Source of the DNA: Squalus acanthias
Lineage: Eukaryota
Direction of reading: 5' to 3'
Assembly (NCBI GenBank): GCA_030390025.1
Contig: CM059432.1
Span: forward strand, 27,530,001 to 27,594,000
Length of the DNA stretch: 64,000 nucleotides
A program made the translations under genes and the position numbers. Shown piece by piece: positions 36,670 to 50,134 of this stretch; the first letter of the stretch is position 1; every line of letters begins with the position of its first letter. The notes under the pieces were generated by a model, which searched no databases, was not told where the DNA came from, and saw nothing but the letters and a program-made list of their open reading frames with translations.

Positions 36670-37005
36670 AGGTCAGGAAGGTCCCGGGCCCAACCCCCAG
36701 TCTGTGCTGAGCCTGTTCTAACCTCTGAGCTGGTGATAGGGGGTCAACAATCGGCCTCAGCCCCTATGCTTAAGCAAGAAAAAAAGATGGCCAGAGTTTC
36801 TGAACCTGATCACTATCCAGCAACCCCTGCTGGAAATTAAACACTGGGTAAGAACAGGTTCAGGCTTGGCCCAGATGTCCCTCATGTTCAAATGTCTGCT
36901 GATATTCACTGTCTAGGCTGACATGTGAATACTAGCCATTTGGGCAAGTTTCTGGAGGGGTAACAACACCCATGAAATCATCTCAGCAAAGAGTCAAGGT
37001 GTGAA
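36670..37005 (+). mobile_element. Old LF-SINE-like copy
   Basis: ACAATCGGCCTCAGC..CCTGATCACTATCCAGCAACCCCTGCTGGAA..CACTGTCTAGGCTGACATGTGAA..GCCATTTGGGCAAG resembles the LF-SINE consensus as I recall it. Similar decayed copies lie near 8320-8590, 30790-31300, 34600-34830, 44920-45270 and 47130-47480. Confidence 0.6.
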
Positions 37006-39057
37006 AAATTGGAAAAGTAGAAAAGAGTGATCTGAGCTGGACGAAGTTCAGCCAAGTTAATGTTCAGACATCTCTTGAACCATGAACTCTCATTGTGTAG
37101 TTTGAGTTATTTTCAGTGTATGTACATAAGGCCTGTGTCTGGGAAATTATTGTGGCATCATACGAAGATTTCTAAATCGGGCCACTTCTGCGATACTCCT
37201 TCAGGTTTTACAGAGCGTGACACAAGGTTGGTCAATAATACATTCGTTTTTTGAAGAAACCTGCAGTCTACAGACCTGCCGCTGCCCTCCCTTCCCCTAC
37301 CACCATCCCTCCAGTTCCACCTTTTCTTCCCCTTCTGCCTCTCATTCCTCTACAATTATAAACACTCCCAAACACACTTGGATGGTCAAAGATCTATGAA
37401 TTTAGCTAAAGTTTCAAAGCCACATAGAGGGTGGTCTGCTAGTTGGGTTTTCAGGTTCTGGGAACTTGCAAGTTTGTAAAACATGATGACCTTTCCCACA
37501 GTATGCAGACGTCAAACTGAGGCTCTGTCTGCCTATTCAGGTGGACGTCAAACATTCTATGCATGATTCAAAGAGCAGACAAATTCTCCTGGTGTCTGGG
37601 CCAATGTTAATCCCTCAAGTAACACTATCAAAACATTTATCTCATTTGCTGTTTGTGGGACCTTGCTGTGCTCAAATTGGCTTCCAAATTTGCCTGCATA
37701 ACAGCAGTGACTGCAGTTCAAAGGTAGTCCATTGACCGCAAAGCACTTTGGGACATCCTGAGGATGTGAAAGGTGCTATATAAATGCAAGTTCTTTTTAT
37801 ATCTGTCTCCACTCATAAATCGAGACCTTCCCCTCCCCTCCCCAATCTCTCTTTTCCTTAAGATACTGGGGGTGAAATTGAACTTCGGCAAAGGCGCAAA
37901 ATGTGCGGTAGCAAATTGGCCGCTCGATATACATCCCGCCCAATATTCCTTTCCATTGAACTTCCACTTCATCACTTTGGTACTTCGCCTATGTGGCCAT
38001 TCTTTTTGTGTGAACCTAGTTATTTGTTCATTAGGGGCATCACTACTGAACTCTATTCCTGATTTCCATCCTATCAGCTTGGCCAGATTCCAAAAGATGC
38101 CACTGTACCTGCCAACCCCCATAGTCATAACTTTTTATTGCATAGTCTGTTTATCAATTGCTCAAATCGGAATTTGTAATTTACTTGAACTTTTTAGTGC
38201 AGTTGTAATAAACAGGTTTATGATTATTACTATCATTGCTGTAAACCATGGATAAACCCTTTATGTTACCGGTCATAAGCGAAAATAGAAAAATTAGTAC
38301 CAAGGAATAAACTAGCGGAATAAGGCAGACTGTCCTTCCACTGCTGGGTTCTGAGCTCACATCCAGCCCAGGCTGATGGCATGAAAGTGTTGCTGTCTCT
38401 CCGTCAGCAGTAAGAGTCCTAAATAAAGTGAATTTAAGGCAGCCCCCTTCCTATCAGCCATGATTTTATGGTACAAAAGCATCCATACTTTGACATGAAT
38501 TATCAATTTTACTCAGACATCAAAGAATGGTTCATATGGGAAATGGAAAGTTACAAATTAACTGGGTCATTCATCTGTTGGTGGGATCTTGCTGTGCACA
38601 GATTGGCCGCCCATGTTTTCCGACAGAATAACTGTCACTGTATTTCAAAGCAATCTATTGTCTGTGAAGCACTTTGGGATGTTTCTGAGAGGGGTCTCTG
38701 GGCTAGAAATTCAGTATCGCCCCGGTTGGGGAGCTAAATTTTAAAAAAGTTGGAGAATTAGCGCCAGGTGCTAATCCTTCTGACCTCCCGCTAGATTGAT
38801 TGTTAGTACTCCAAGAGAGAACTGGAGCGCTAAATCAAGCGCTAATCACCTAACTTAGGGCGCTACACACAGCGAGCAAGGCTCTACCCGCAGAGCGATA
38901 ACCAATTTCAGGTGCAGTCCAATCGGGACTCATCATTCACACTGGCTCCTTCCAGTTCTTAAAGGGGAGGTTCAATCATTCAGCACAACCTCATTCTCAA
39001 CATTGCTGGCTCTGAAGGCGACCTCCAAGCAACTCAACAGCTACACCTCTTATCCTC

Positions 39058-40538
39058 ATGGCTGATCCCAGTCCCAGGGAGAGAGCTCGCCGTTTCAGCG
39101 ACCAGGCATTGGAGGCATTGGTCGCGGCAGTCGAAAGAAGGAGGGCGGTGCTGTTCCCTGTCTTCAGGGCAATGTAGAGCGAAGTGGCCCAGGATGTCTG
39201 GGCCAGCAGTGTGGTCCTCAGGACCCTCACACAGTGCCATACAAAATTCAACGACCTCACTCGGGTGGTCAGGGTGAGTACATGCTTCAACAAGTCCTAC
39301 ATCCCAGCATCTGAACCTTAGTCTGTACACACTGCACAAACTACCACACCCCCACCACTCACCCACCAAGCATCTGCACCTACTCAAAATCACATCCACA
39401 TCTCATGCCTTGCTTACAATCACAGCTATTCAACTATGGCAGGCACATCTCCCAAACATATAGTTTCACACTCACTCACACACTTTCCTTTCTCTTGCAT
39501 GCCAAGCTGGCCCACAATAGGAGGGAGCAGCAACGAACAGGCGAGGGTGAAGGCGGACATCCAACAGCTTACAGACCTGGAGGAGCGAGTGCTGAGTGCT
39601 GAGAGTCATTGGGCGCCAGGTGGTGGGCGCTGTGGCCATCGGCGACGTCGACCCCCTTGGGGGCAACAACGGTATGTTCATCCCCTCTCCTTCTCTCATC
39701 CCACTTCCCCCTCACCCCACAAGCATTTCGCACTTTCCAGCTCATCATGCTGTATGCATGCATTTCTCCCTTCCTGCTCTCCGCCCCTCACCTTAACCCG
39801 ACTCTTGTGCCTTTATGCTTTCAGATAATCAGCAAGCACCTGATGTCGGCAATGATAAGGACCGTGGAGGAGTCCGCCTCCAACATTGCACAGAGCTCTG
39901 CGCACACCATGGAGCCCATCATTTCCAGTCTGCAAAGGATGGTGGACTCCCTGAGACTCCCTGTGGGGACCCAGACCTCATGCCGTGTGTGATGGGTGAT
40001 GTGTCTTAGTGCTGTAATGCAGTCAACGGTTGCTGCCATCGAGTCTCAGACTGCTCTCATGCAGTCTCAGCTTGATTTCACGTAAGCTCTGACTGCTGGG
40101 CTGGGTCGACCACCGGGGTTTTCACGGTGTCGCAGCAGGCCAGCAATCTGTGCTCCAGCAGATTGGTAGGGATGCTGAGGTGCTGCCCCGGGGGAGTGGC
40201 AGTGTTTCAGTGGAGCAGGAACCTGCTGTCCTCTCTCTCAGTATGACAGCATTCCTGATCCCACCACTGCCACTCTGCCATTGCCCTTGTTGCTGCCTGT
40301 CATCCAGCCAGGCCAGACTGCCGCCGCCCAGCCTGAGGTGGCGCAGTCTACAGCCGGGTCTTCCAGGCTCAGAGCTGGTCGAGGGCGTCCTCCAAGGCCA
40401 TCTGTAATCTCTGGCACCGACACTCAGCAGCCTTCCACCAGCCCTGCTGTAGCCACTGGGGACAGACTACATAGGAACAGTAGATTAGGAAACGGCACTG
40501 TAAAGAGGGGAAGTAAGGGTTTGCACAAGTATGATTAG
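39058..40538 (+). pseudogene. Harbinger Myb/SANT-like DNA-binding protein gene remnant (about 3 exons)
   Basis: MADPSPRERARRFSDQALEALVAAVERRRAVLFP...QCHTKFNDLTRVVR|GTGAGT (exon 39058-39273); further exon-like pieces at about 39501-39671 and 39825-40538; disrupted. Confidence 0.7.
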
Positions 40539-40676
40539 TTAATATGTCTTTACTGAATGTTGATAAAATTTATTAATGGAATTTTGCTGATTTGGTGCTG
40601 TCTCTCATTTCAGCTTGGCAAGCAAAATGGATGGAATGATGGGGATGTGGTGAGCAACTGGGATGCGGGGTAGAAT

Positions 40677-41611
40677 TTATTGGAACCGCAGTCTGATGAG
40701 GCGGTCACGGACCGTCCTTCCAGAAGGCCGATTAAGTGGCTGCCTCCTCCCTCGATGCTGTTCCTCCTCCTCGTCCTCCTCCTCTTCCTCTTCCTCCTCC
40801 TAAGGTGGTGTGGCTATGCCTGGTGGCAATGGCTGGGCCCTCATGATGGCCAAGTTGTGGAGCATGCAGCACACCACAATGAAAAGGGACGTCCACGTAG
40901 CGAAGTACTGGAGGGCTCCTCCCAAATGATCAAGGCAGCGGAACCGATGTTCTGCTCAATGATGTTCCTGGTGGCAATGGCTCTCATTATATGAGTGCCG
41001 GGCAGGAGTGTTGGGGTTGTGGAGGGGAGTCATGAGCCAGGTGGAGAGTGGATAGCCCTTGTCTCCGAGCAGCCAGCCGCAAGCTTGATGTGGTGGCTGG
41101 AAGACTGCTGGAACACCGGTCTGGCGCAGGATGAAGACATCGTGGTTGCTGCCAGGATAGCGAGCATTGACATTGAGGATTAGCTGTCTGTGGTCGCACA
41201 CCAACTGCACATTAAGTGAGTGGTATCCTTTGTAGTTACAGAATACCTCAGGATTGTTACGGGGTGCCCGCAAAGCCATGTGGCGCCCTGCACCATGGAG
41301 AGTTCCACCATCCTGGCAAAGCTACATGCACGCTCATCCTGCTTCTCTCTGGTCAAGGGGAAGGAAATGTAGTGCCTTCTCCTTCAGTAAAGAGCCTCTG
41401 TGACCTCCCGGATCCAGCGATGGACAGCGAACTGCAAGATGTTAGCTATGTCTCCTGTTGCAGACTGGAAGGATCCACTGGCAAAGAAATTGAGGGCGAC
41501 GGTGACCTTGAATGCCACTGAGAGAGCCGTGGTCGCCCTGATCTGAGATTGGAGGTCTGGTTGCAGAAATCGGATGTTGATCCCTTTAAATACCGCTCCT
41601 ACAGCGGCCAT
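40677..41611 (-). pseudogene. Harbinger (HARBI1-like) DDE transposase remnant
   Basis: KVTVALNFFASGSFQ; FCNYKGYHSLNVQLVCD..NARYPGSNHDVFIL; WLLGDKGYPL..WLMTP..YNESH; CCMLHNLA followed by an acidic run; stops and frameshifts present. Confidence 0.88.
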
Positions 41612-42654
41612 TCGACTGCATCATGCCTCCTCTTCCTGCCGTTGTTCACGCCAGGCGTTAAGGCAGGGGGCAGCAGTCAATTTTTCATCTGGGCCGTTAA
41701 CGGGGCGTTCCACACGCGTTGACGTCACAATCTGGCAGCCGCTAAAGGCCTAGGCGCTAAATATTATCGGCAGCGCTAAATCCCGGGTGAATGTCGCTTG
41801 CGCTGTTGGATTCGCCGTGCCCCGCCGCAAACCCATTAGCGCCTCGTTAGTGCCCCTCCAGGCGCTAACGGGAGGTGCTAGCATGCCGAATTTCTTCCCC
41901 TATATTAATTCTTTCTTGTTCTGCACTGGTACAGTACTGAGACCTCTTCTTAAGGCACAGAAATTGATTATTTTCCTGCATTCATATGTTCTTATCATAA
42001 AGATAAGTACAGATGAGAGATCCAACTCAACTTTCCATAGCAACCTACAGTCCCTCACTCCCCCATAGCATCTAACTGCATCATGTATGATTCCAGAGGT
42101 TTTTTTTACCTCCACTACCTATTTGGTCTTAACTACATAATTTAGTCCAGTTAATAAGGAAATAAATATTAATATAATATATTCAGCTCAGTTACAAATT
42201 AACATATACTAGCAGTAGAAGAATGGCGGGATAGCTCCCAAGGTTATGAAGCAAGATGATGTTCAAGAGACAAGACTGTTCACGAGCATGGAATCTGAGA
42301 AATAGGCGTTAACAGTATCAAGAACAGGTTGGGTAATTGTGATTGGAACTATTTGCTCATGTGGAGGGTAAATGCTGACATGGACTGGTTGGGCCGAATG
42401 GCCTGTTTCCGTATTGTAACATTGATGTATTTATTTAATTATATGGCTCCAACGAATGGAAGCTCAGCATGTAAATACATCTCTGACTGCCAACCACGTC
42501 ACAGCAAATGATAGTTTTGTGTTTCCAGCTAGCAAGGGCCACAAAAAAACAGTCTACAACCATGTAACACATTCTAATACAATTACAGGTCTCAATGCAA
42601 GTATAATCCTGGTCCCTGTGCACGGTACAGTGGACTAAGAAGTTAAAGAGTCAT

Positions 42655-44850
42655 GGCCTAGCAATTCATGGCTGCCACGAAAGCTGCCGGTGCCACCGCA
42701 GCCGGGGTTTAATGGCCGCCAAAAATGGTGGTGCCGACAGGACTGAAAAATTGGTGCTGGGTACTAATGATTATTAGCCCAGCGCTAAACTCACCGTGTA
42801 ACGCCCTCCTGTGGCGTTTGTCCCGGCATCAGGCCCCAATGTGGCGTGGCCCAAGCAGCGTTGCAGCTTCGAACAGCCTCTGAAAGTGAGGCTGTGAGTT
42901 CGCAAAGCATTGTGGGATATTAAAAGGGCAATGCCTTCTGAAATGATAAAAATAAAAATGATGTAAAAATATGTAGTTTTCAGCCCTTACAGCTCAACTG
43001 CCTTCTGGAAAAAAAATTAACATTAAAAAGAATTCCCAAATGGGAGTCTTCAGTTCTTAAAGCTGAATTGCCTTCCGGACCTAAAAAAATGGGGAAAAGT
43101 GCTTTAGCACTAGCACAAATGGCTCAGCAAGCCAGGGACGGGGCACCCAGGGTCTCGCATGCAGCACTCCAGCTTTGTGTAGGGGGGTTAACACTGCAAG
43201 AGCGGCCCTCTACACACAGGGGCCAGGAGGCCCTCCAGAAAGATCGATGTGGGACCAGATCACCAAGGCTGTCACTGCCAGCAGTGTCGCCCCCACCACC
43301 TCGCTCCAGTGCCCAAAGAAGCTTCATGACCTCAGACCACTGGACAAGGTCAGTGAATGCATCTTCAAAAGTCGTCTCCTACCAACTGCATCACTAGTCT
43401 CACACACTTCTCAATGCATGACTCCTACCCCCTCTCCCCCAATCACTCACCTACCAACAAGCTGTATCAATCACGAGGCACACCTCCTAGCTTCACCTCA
43501 CCCCCTTGGAGGAGACGGTGCAGGCCATTCTTGGCAGGGGCATGGCCTTTCGCTAGCGGCGGGGCTGAAAGGATACAAGATGCTGGTATCCTCATACGTT
43601 ATCCTCCTTCTGGCATGCACCTCTTGCTTTCCCACCCTCCCCTCACCACAACTCCACCCTTGTGCCTTCCTCATTTAACACACCCAAGAAATGCAGCCTG
43701 CCTAGCCAGTTGATTGACCAAGAAGAGGGAGAGGAGAGTGAAGAAGTAGAAGCAGAAGAAGAAGAAGAAACACCATCTCTCGATTTGACACTCCTAGCCA
43801 CCAACTCCTCAAGGTCGACCAGCAAGGCCATTTGCAGCGTCCCCACTGAAAGTCAGCAGCCTTTCACCAGCCATGCTGCAGCCACTGGGGTAGCACTGTG
43901 TGACATCACTAGGATAGGTAAAGGCACACAAGACAGTCACTGAGAATGCATAAGGGTGATGAGTTGATTTCTTGATGTCGTATTGGATGGATAGATGGAT
44001 TGCAAAGTGTGCTTTGTGGTGGCTTTTATTTCAGCATTGTGGCCAAGAGGATGCTGTGATGGTCAGTAACAGAGGGAAGGTGAGGTGTGGGACTAATGTT
44101 GAAAGAGGAATTGAGGTTGTGGTTACTGGTACCGCAGATGGATGATTCTATCCCAGCCAAAAAGGGGCTGTCTGGGTTGCCTCCTTCCTTCTGCTTCTTC
44201 CTCTTCTGTGTCTTCCCTCTGCGAGCGGATGTTGTAAATCTGAAATAAAAGCATAAAGTGCTGGAAATACTCAGCAGGTCAGGCAGCAACTCGACCTGAG
44301 ACGTGAACTCTGTTTCTCTCTCCACAGTGCTGCCTGACCTGCTGAGTATTCCAGCATTTTCTGTCTTCTCAGAGGCCTCCCTTTACCATCCGAGGCCTTA
44401 CAAACGCCAGCAGCTCTCCCTGCACACATAACAAACTTTAACATGTATTGCACCAAGCCACCACTTCAATAAAATAAAAAAAATCCAGTCCAAAAGCTTA
44501 AATGCCAACTTACGTGAAAGATGTGTGTGTCCCTTTAAGAGGTGCTGGCAGCGCCTCTGTCAGTCTGCTGAACGCTGGGTTTTCATGGTGAGCTCAGCAC
44601 CCAGCGCTGAACTCAGCGCTAAGGTGCAAGTTTGCTGAGGTGATGTTAAGTCTGGGTTGCACGCCGACTGATGGCACCCTCTCGTAATTTACATTTCATG
44701 GGCCAGCGCTGCTATCGGCAGCGCTAAGGCCCTCACCAAAATGGCGGCCGCCAAGTCCTGCACCACAGAAGGGCGCTAGAGTGGCGGCCGCCATTTTTAG
44801 ACCAGATCGCGGCGGTGAGTCGTGGTGGTAAGTGGGCCAATTTCTAGGCC
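42655..44850. mobile_element. Second, more deleted Harbinger element
   Basis: Ends GGCCTAGCAATTC / GGCCTAGAAATTG (rc). Myb-like exon 43119-43348 (WDQITKAVTASSVAPTTSLQCPKKLHDL..|GTCAGT) and an acidic segment at about 43720-43790. Penelope-derived insert at about 44225-44365. Confidence 0.7.
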
Positions 44851-45505
44851 CACATCTTCTTTCGATAAGTTATATTTTTGTAATTGCGGTCAGGAAAATG
44901 CAAGGAGTGGTTACAGCCGTGTTCAGTAGGTCAGTGCACTGCCCAGGTTGGGACTGAGAGACCAAGTTGAATCCCTAGTCTTTGCTTAGTTAGCTGATCT
45001 AAGCCTGATAATTGGTTTCAGCATTCCTTATTTGGGGAGGGGGCCAAGAGGCACTATTTCCATTCCTTTTTCCGGCCCAGGGTCCCCTACTGGAGATTAC
45101 ACCTGTGTGGGTATCAGGTGCAAGACTGGGCTCTGTTGTGATGTTTTCTATGGTTTAATAACTTTCTGACACTTATTGCTACAGTAAAATGTACCTGGAT
45201 GTGAGGTACCTGAGGATCAGGTGTCAGCGAGACTGTACTCCAGCACGAGTCAGTGCCTTCAGGAGAGAACTAGAAAAGACCTTGTCATCAGTTTGCTTGA
45301 GATAGAAGTCAGCTCCAAACCACAGGAGTCCAATGTTGGGTCTAAAACCATTATCTCACAGTTGAGGAGGATGGCCTTACAGTTCACATAAATTGGAGAT
45401 ATCAAACAGAAAACCTGAAGAGTCATTTGAAATTCAAGGTCCTGTGCAAAGCATTTCGATCCAAATGTAGTAACCCAATCAGCCAATTCACAACTGATCT
45501 CGAGA

Positions 45506-45962
45506 CAGCACGGTGGCATAGTGGTTGGGCAGCACGGTGGCATAGTGGTTAGCACTGGTGCCTCACAGCGCCAGAGACCCGGGTTCGAATCTGACCTCGG
45601 GTGACTGTCTGTGTGGAGTTTGCACATTCTCCCCGTGTCTGCGTGGGTTTCCTCCGGGTGCTCCGGTTTCCTCCCACAGTCCAAAAATGTGCGGGTTAGG
45701 TTGATTTGCCTATGATAAATTGACCCTTAGTGTTAGGGGGGGATTAAATATGTGGGGTTATGGGGATAGGATGGGATATGTTAGGGGGAATTAAATATGT
45801 GGGGTTACGGGATTAGGGTGGGATATGTGTACTGTGGGGATTAAAGCAGGGACAGGGTACTGGATTTGAATGATCAGCCATGATCGTATTGAATGGTGGA
45901 GCAGGCTCGACGGGCTGAATGGCCTACTCCTGCTCCTGGATTCTATGTTTCTATGTTTCTAT
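45506..45962 (+). mobile_element. HE1/V-SINE, full length, with a duplicated 5' end
   Basis: GGGCAGCACGGTGGCATAGTGGTTAGCACTG..GGTTCGAATC head, V-domain TCTCCCCGTGTCTGCGTGGGTTTCCTCCGGGTGCTCCGGTTTCCTCCCAC and CR1-type tail (CTATGTTT)n. Confidence 0.9.
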
Positions 45963-48900
45963 GAGACTTTAAATGTTTGTTTTGAAAGCGTGACCTCAAA
46001 AATGTTCTCAAAGCTCTGCTGGACAAACCAACAGTGTGATCCATCTGAGTGGGCAACAAACAAGCATCACGTCAATCGACAAAGGGATCAAAGAGTATTG
46101 GAACCCATGGTCAATAAGCAGCTATCGCGATAATCTGATGTCAGGTAACTAAATAAGCTTCAAAAGAAAGCAGTCAGTTCACAATGATCTTAATCTCATT
46201 CATCAGAAAGTGATTCTTTCAGTGTCAGCAGAAATTTGGAGCAATAATCACGTAGAATTTCCAGAATATTTGACAAAGTGCATTATCATTACAAAGTTGG
46301 CAGCTGGTGGTGTTCAGCATGAGCTGTTGAATGAATGCCAGAGGAGGCAACCTAGGACCTTCCTGATTTCTATGGGTCAGTTCCACACTGTGTCTTTGTC
46401 AACTGAGCTATTGAGAGATCACCAGGGAATTGTAATACTGGTACCAATAGGTTTTCCTGTCCTCTTAGTTTTTGAACTGAATAGTCAACCTCCTTTGAGT
46501 GATGCTCAATATATGTTGGTATTCTTACTGCTATGACTATGTATGGGTTTCTTGATTGTATCAATAAACTGCTGAAAGCCAATTAAAAATTACATCTAAT
46601 ATTATATATCCTATTTATTCCTGAACTGTTTTCTGTATTATCCAAGATCAGAATGGAGAACGAAGCATATTCCCACATTTGGGACCCAGTGTCAGAATCA
46701 AGCTCTCAGGTCAGCTATAGCATACATATAAGTAAAATAAACCTCCCTCTACACTACCTCAACAATATGTCTGAACTCTTACACAAACTTGCAGTGCCTC
46801 CTACTGCACCAGTATGACATTTTCATTTCTCGCATCAGTCATCGATGTGCCCTGTCTGAGTAAAAGGGAGAAGTTACAATGGGATGAAGGTCTTTTCTAT
46901 CCATTGGCTGTAAGGATCGTAAGAGAAATGAGCGTGGGTGGTTTTAATTAGTTTCTAATAGATCAACACAGCCAACAATTCTCATTAAATCTGAGACACT
47001 TAAAAGGATGTCCCATGTGGGAAATAGACACAATGGTGAAATAGCTGGTGCTCTGATGAGATTGGGGCGAAGGCATGGTGTTGGGAAAGAGTAGAGGGAG
47101 CTTACCTGCGCATTACACAGCTGCCCTTGGTAACCTCCAGTGGGTAAAAGCAACACCCTGTGTAATACTGAGCCATACAAACCAGAAGATCTCAGGTCTG
47201 TTCTGAGTCAGGGCAGCAATCAGGGTACATTTGGCCTCAGTACCCTGGGATGTGGACAATCAGCTGGAATCCCTGCTGCTAATCACTGCACAGTGGACCA
47301 CTGTGGAAGTGCGCAAATGTCCCATCAGCTGAGGATCGGAGTGGGCTTGAACTCCACAGTACAGTAGATTGCTAACACTCATTTTCAAGCCTCACACATG
47401 AAGAATGGCTAGAGAGCTACCAGTTACCAAAATTATAGCCCAAGAAGATTCAATGGCTCCAAGAGGAAAGGGGAGGGAACAGAAACCTGTTGTACCTGAC
47501 CTGGAATGTACATTGGGTATGAGAAATGGAATGTATCCCATTCACCTTGATTAAATACAAATTGATTAAAAAGAAAAACAGCTTTTGCTCCTGAGCCCAA
47601 GTGTGTTTCCTATGCTTGACCTACTGCCTAGCACCTGGCAACCTTAGAAAGAACCTTATCACGTCCTTGGGACGCTCCTTAGGGCTTTGCAATGAATTAT
47701 TTTTGAAGTGTAATTACTGTTGTTATGCAGGCAGCCACAAGAGTCAATTTTCACATAGTAATAGCTCAAATGACAAATGAGATGAATAATCTATTTTTGT
47801 AGCGTTCATTGTCTATTTTTGTAGTGCTCATTAACTGAAAACTTGCTGCTCATCTGCCAATAGCACTTTTCTTCCAAACGTCCTATAAGATTATTGATAT
47901 CCATCTAAAAAGGGCAGACAGAGCCTCAAAGACTAATATCTCCAACAATCCCTCAGTATTGCAATGAAGTGTCAGCCTATGATAACGTATTCTTATCCCA
48001 GAGTAGGGTTTGAACCCACAACTTTCTAACTCAGTGTTACCAACTGATCCAAAATAACCTGTGACAAAAAATGTGTTCCCTATATAGTGTACAAAACCTG
48101 TGAATTGTGACAAAAAAAACCTGTCCTACCCTCCAGCAATCTGATTACTTCACCATTTGTCCTTGGGGGGGGGGAGAGAAAAATCACCCCTAGCTCTCTC
48201 TCTAACTTCCAACTCCTTCTCTTCTAGCCATCCACCCATCACACCTCTGCTGCTGTTAATCTCCTAAACCATACTCTTGCCTCTGAGTTTGATACCCCTG
48301 TTCCCAACAAGTCGATCGCTGTCTCCCACCATTGTCACCCCCCCCCCACCCATCATCACACTCTTACATCAAAGGGGCACAAACTTGCGCATATATGGCA
48401 CACAAGTTCACCTCCATGTTCCCCTCCAAGTCACACACCATGCTGACCTGGATTTATATCGTCGTTCGTTTATTGTCGTTCACTGCAAATCAAAATCTTG
48501 CAACTCCCTACCTAACACCATTGTGGGAGCACCTTCACTACACAGACTGCAGCAGTTCAAGAAGAAGGCCCACCACCACCTTCTTCGGGCAACTAGAAAT
48601 GGGCAATAAATGCGGGCCTTCCAGTGATGCCCACACCCCGAGAATGAATTTTTAAAAAGTGGCCTAGTCATCAATTGCCAGATTTGGCTTGATCCTGTCA
48701 AGCTCCACTGTGCCTTACTCTCCTCGGCCAAAAACACCTACAAATCCAATATCATCCTGGAGAGCAAAGACAACCCTAAGCTCCTCTTCTCCACAGCTAA
48801 CCACCTCCTCAAACCTCTTTCAGCTGCACCCTTCACCCTCACTTCCAATCTGACGGGCGAGAAGCGAATGGATTTTTTAATCTCGAAGGTTGAGACCATC

Positions 48901-50134
48901 CATGCATCATCTTTTTTCTCGCCCAACCTCCCAACGACCCAAACGCTGAACTATCATAATTTGCAGTTTCCCTCCATTCCCTCCCATGCCCTTTCCAAAC
49001 TCATATCTTCCAGGTGATCTATCTGCTGCTCCATTGATCCTCCCTCCACTCTGTCCCTGACACTCAACAACGCGTCCTGAACCCTATGGCAGCCAACATT
49101 GTTAACAGTTCTCCTTCCTTTGACACAATCCCTCTCCTTTTCAAGACCTGCATAATAACCACTGTTCAAAAAACTCAACCCTCATCCATTCAGCCTCTCT
49201 AACCATCACTTCATCTCTGACTTGCCTTTCCTCTCTTAAAAGTCCTTGAGTGTGTCATCACCTCTCACCTCTGTGCCTATTCATCCTTTAACTTCCTATT
49301 CAACTTTCTCCAGTCAGGTTTCCAAGCATCTATCAGTGCCAAAACAACAAAGTCACCAATGACATCCATTGCCACTGTCACAGTGGTGCATTATCCTTCC
49401 TTGCTAGTGTCAGCTTTACTCAGTGGTAGCACTCTGGTCTCTGAGTCAGAAGGTCATGAGTTCAAGCCTGACTCCAGGGACTGGAGCACATAACCTAGGC
49501 TGCAGTACTGAAGGAATACTGCTTTGCTGGAGGTGTTGCCTTTCAGATGAGATGTTTAATGGTGACCCTATCTGCCTTTTCAGGTGGACAAGGTCTCATG
49601 GCTCTATCTGAACAGCAGGGAAGTTCTTCTGGTTCTTGACCAACATTTATTCCTCAATGAACATTATCTCATTGCTGTTTGTGGGATTTTGCTGAATTCA
49701 AATTGGCTGCCGAGTTTGCCTAAAAAATCAAGTGATGACAATAACAATTTGTATTCGCATATTGCCTTTAACCTGAAAACATGTCCCAAGGCACTTCACA
49801 GAGGTGTGATCAAAAAAATGGATTTCGAGCCAAAGAAGCAGATATTCGGAGGAGAGACCAAAAGCTTGGTCAAAGTGGTTGGTTTTAAGGAGACTCTTAA
49901 AAGAGGAGAGGAGGTCGACAGGTGGAGGGGTTTAAGAAGAGAAATACAGAGAGAAGAACCTAGGCAGCTAGATGCACACCCACAAATGGTGGGTGATGGG
50001 GGGCGGGATGCACGAGGTCAGAGTCGAAGTTACAGATAATTTGGGGGGGTGGGGGTTGGTTGGGTGGGGTTGCTGGTCAGGAAGAGATTACAGAAATAGG
50101 AAAGGGTGAGGCCATGAAGATGAGATTTTTTAAA

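Larger units (their letters stand above)
38700..41900. mobile_element. Decayed autonomous-type PIF/Harbinger transposon
   Basis: TIRs GGGCTAGAAATTCAG / GGGGAAGAAATTCGG (rc); flanks TCT and TAT; convergent Myb/SANT-like gene (+) and DDE nuclease gene (-). Confidence 0.85.

Noticed and set aside
40677..41611. Domesticated HARBI1 or MSANTD/NAIF1-type host genes
   Set aside because: The frames are disrupted by stops and frameshifts and are enclosed by TIRs, so they are transposon relics.
45527..45600. tRNA genes at SINE heads (also about 18915-18985, 33500-33572, 34831-34920)
   Set aside because: A and B boxes run directly into SINE bodies and LINE-derived tails; no complete cloverleaf is evident.
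45280..46600. ORFs 45259-45684, 45870-46133 and 46210-46536 as coding exons
   Set aside because: They overlap SINE sequence or show no recognisable domain or consistent splice phase. An ancient element cannot be excluded.
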